Source of the DNA: an uncultured Candidatus Saccharibacteria bacterium
Lineage (GTDB): Bacteria > Patescibacteriota > Minisyncoccia > Portnoybacterales > UBA2143
Assembly (NCBI GenBank): GCA_964556655.1
Contig: CAZKWY010000003.1
Span: forward strand, 1 to 52,705
DNA length: 52,705 bases
Direction of reading: 5' to 3'
Part shown: positions 52,657 through 52,705 of the stretch, one piece after another
Layout of the letters: each line of letters starts with the position of its first letter
How positions within the stretch are numbered: position 1 is the stretch's first letter
The notes under the pieces: generated by a model
Database searches by the model: none
The model's input: only the letters and a program-made list of their open reading frames with translations
Told to the model about the DNA's origin: nothing
Made by a program: the position numbers and the translations under genes

Positions 52657-52705
52657 ATTTACGATTTTGTCATTTTTGGCAGAATTGGAAGCGGAGCAAA
52701 GCTCC

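Overview
Fragment of a small, AT-rich bacterial chromosome read in standard code 11 (TGA is a normal stop). Gene content and architecture suggest Patescibacteria/CPR (Parcubacteria-like); that assignment is inference. From left to right: a PyrD-PyrE-PyrF triple fusion plus pyrC; a domain-trimmed uvrB-uvrA-uvrC operon; a decayed patch (IS30 remnant, truncated radical SAM, frameshifted TIM-barrel gene); holin-secG-oppA-pgi/pmi-tRNA-Leu-rnj; a gap/pentose-phosphate/aldolase operon with two pilin-like genes interleaved; trxB/glutaredoxin; a four-subunit group-3b-type [NiFe]-hydrogenase operon; an RNase HII-alkyltransferase fusion; a sensor kinase, a transglutaminase-like gene and an atypical tRNA-His. 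The strongest leads are (1) a hydrogenase with no cleavable C-terminal tail and only hypC nearby, close to a DUF6390-like gene whose C-terminus appears to be a second HypC-like domain, suggesting a minimal or non-canonical maturation module; (2) a dispersed palindromic GACWGTC repeat with exact 14-nt triplet spacing, found both between genes and in frame inside genes; (3) several promoter-driven structured RNA candidates. All calls are by-eye motif recognition; no searches were run.
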